A stretch of 64,000 nt of DNA, taken from an uncultured Clostridiaceae bacterium (lineage in GTDB: Bacteria; Bacillota_I; Bacilli_A; RFN20; CAG-288). The stretch covers positions 4,690 to 68,689 of the forward strand of contig CAYRUQ010000001.1 of NCBI GenBank assembly GCA_964427595.1. The letters are read 5' to 3'. Positions 63,691-64,000 of the stretch are shown here, piece after piece. The translations under genes were made by a program, and so were the position numbers. Under the pieces are notes generated by a model, which worked only from the letters and a program-made list of their open reading frames with translations, ran no database searches and was not told the origin of the DNA. The first letter of the stretch is position 1. Each line of letters starts with the position of its first letter.

Positions 63691-64000
63691 AAACGCTATT
63701 CTCCTAGGAAGTAATATAGCAAAAAAAGGTTTGTAGGTTGTAAAAAGTGTAAATTCCTAGCATTTAATGCTAAATCTTATTCGAAACTAAAAAACACCAA
63801 TATAAGAGAAAATTATTTAAATTCCCTTTTTATGATTTATTTCGCAAAAAACAGATAACATTTAGAGTTTTAATCTAGTCAAATTTTAAGAAGGATGGTG
63901 GGCGACAACCATCCAATTTAATCTAAGGAGGCTCTCATAGAACTTTATCCTTGTTTACTTACCTCCTTTATTAAATCATCGCGCAATTGAGTAAAGATAA

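Noticed and set aside
1-64000. Genetic code 4 (TGA = Trp), suggested by the Mollicutes-like gene content
   Set aside because: Conserved genes terminate at TGA at their expected lengths (for example mnmE/TatD, thiN and oppB/oppC with ATGA overlaps, and the acetyltransferase). Trp is encoded by TGG in conserved positions. Code 11 fits.
1-64000. Mobile elements, prophage, tRNA or rRNA genes
   Set aside because: No transposase, integrase or phage-like ORFs, no long terminal repeats around gene blocks, and no tRNA or rRNA-like sequence were seen on either strand.

Overview
This is a low-GC bacterial chromosome segment that spans the replication origin.

**Origin and core genes.** rpmH-rnpA-yidC-jag lie on the minus strand at 13.2-15.9 kb. 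A dense cluster of TTATCCACA DnaA boxes sits at 28.83-29.10 kb. It is followed by dnaA, then a second DnaA box with a GC cluster and an AT-rich stretch that could be the unwinding site, then dnaN at 31.0-32.2 kb.

**Genetic code and likely taxon.** TGA acts as a stop codon: conserved genes end in TGA and several gene pairs overlap as ATGA. This points to code 11, not the Mycoplasma code. The gene content still looks like a wall-less or Mollicutes/Erysipelotrichia-like Firmicute, though that is inference. The signs are many Cys-lipobox lipoproteins with Ser/Thr-rich linkers, a giant S8 protease anchored by a C-terminal TM helix instead of LPXTG, and Opp subunits with large insertions.

**Housekeeping genes.** mnmE, a TatD-family hydrolase, rnmV, rsmA, prs, ispE, thiN, pepT, rpmE and pdxK are present, along with several transporters and membrane proteins.

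**Accessory content.** This is dominated by surface proteins:
- A three-gene lipoprotein operon at 5.8-12.8 kb.
- An S8 cell-envelope protease plus oppABCDF at 36.2-50.1 kb.
- A second group of three lipoprotein paralogues at 50.4-57.7 kb.

**Things worth a second look:**
1. Three G7-G9 homopolymer tracts lie upstream of minus-strand genes. Two of them form the spacer of recognisable -35/-10 promoters, which makes them phase-variation candidates.
2. The 626-bp gap between two convergent lipoprotein paralogues carries an unexplained family of hairpin and inverted repeats, a possible structured RNA, and a small ORF with a possible antisense RNA.
3. An 832-aa ORF right after dnaN has two degenerate HNH-like modules on a long coiled coil.
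4. A 975-aa ORF looks like an SF1 helicase/REase-type protein that has lost its Walker A and B motifs.

I found no tRNA, rRNA, CRISPR array, transposase, integrase or phage genes. All homology statements come from reading the translations by eye. None has been checked against a database.
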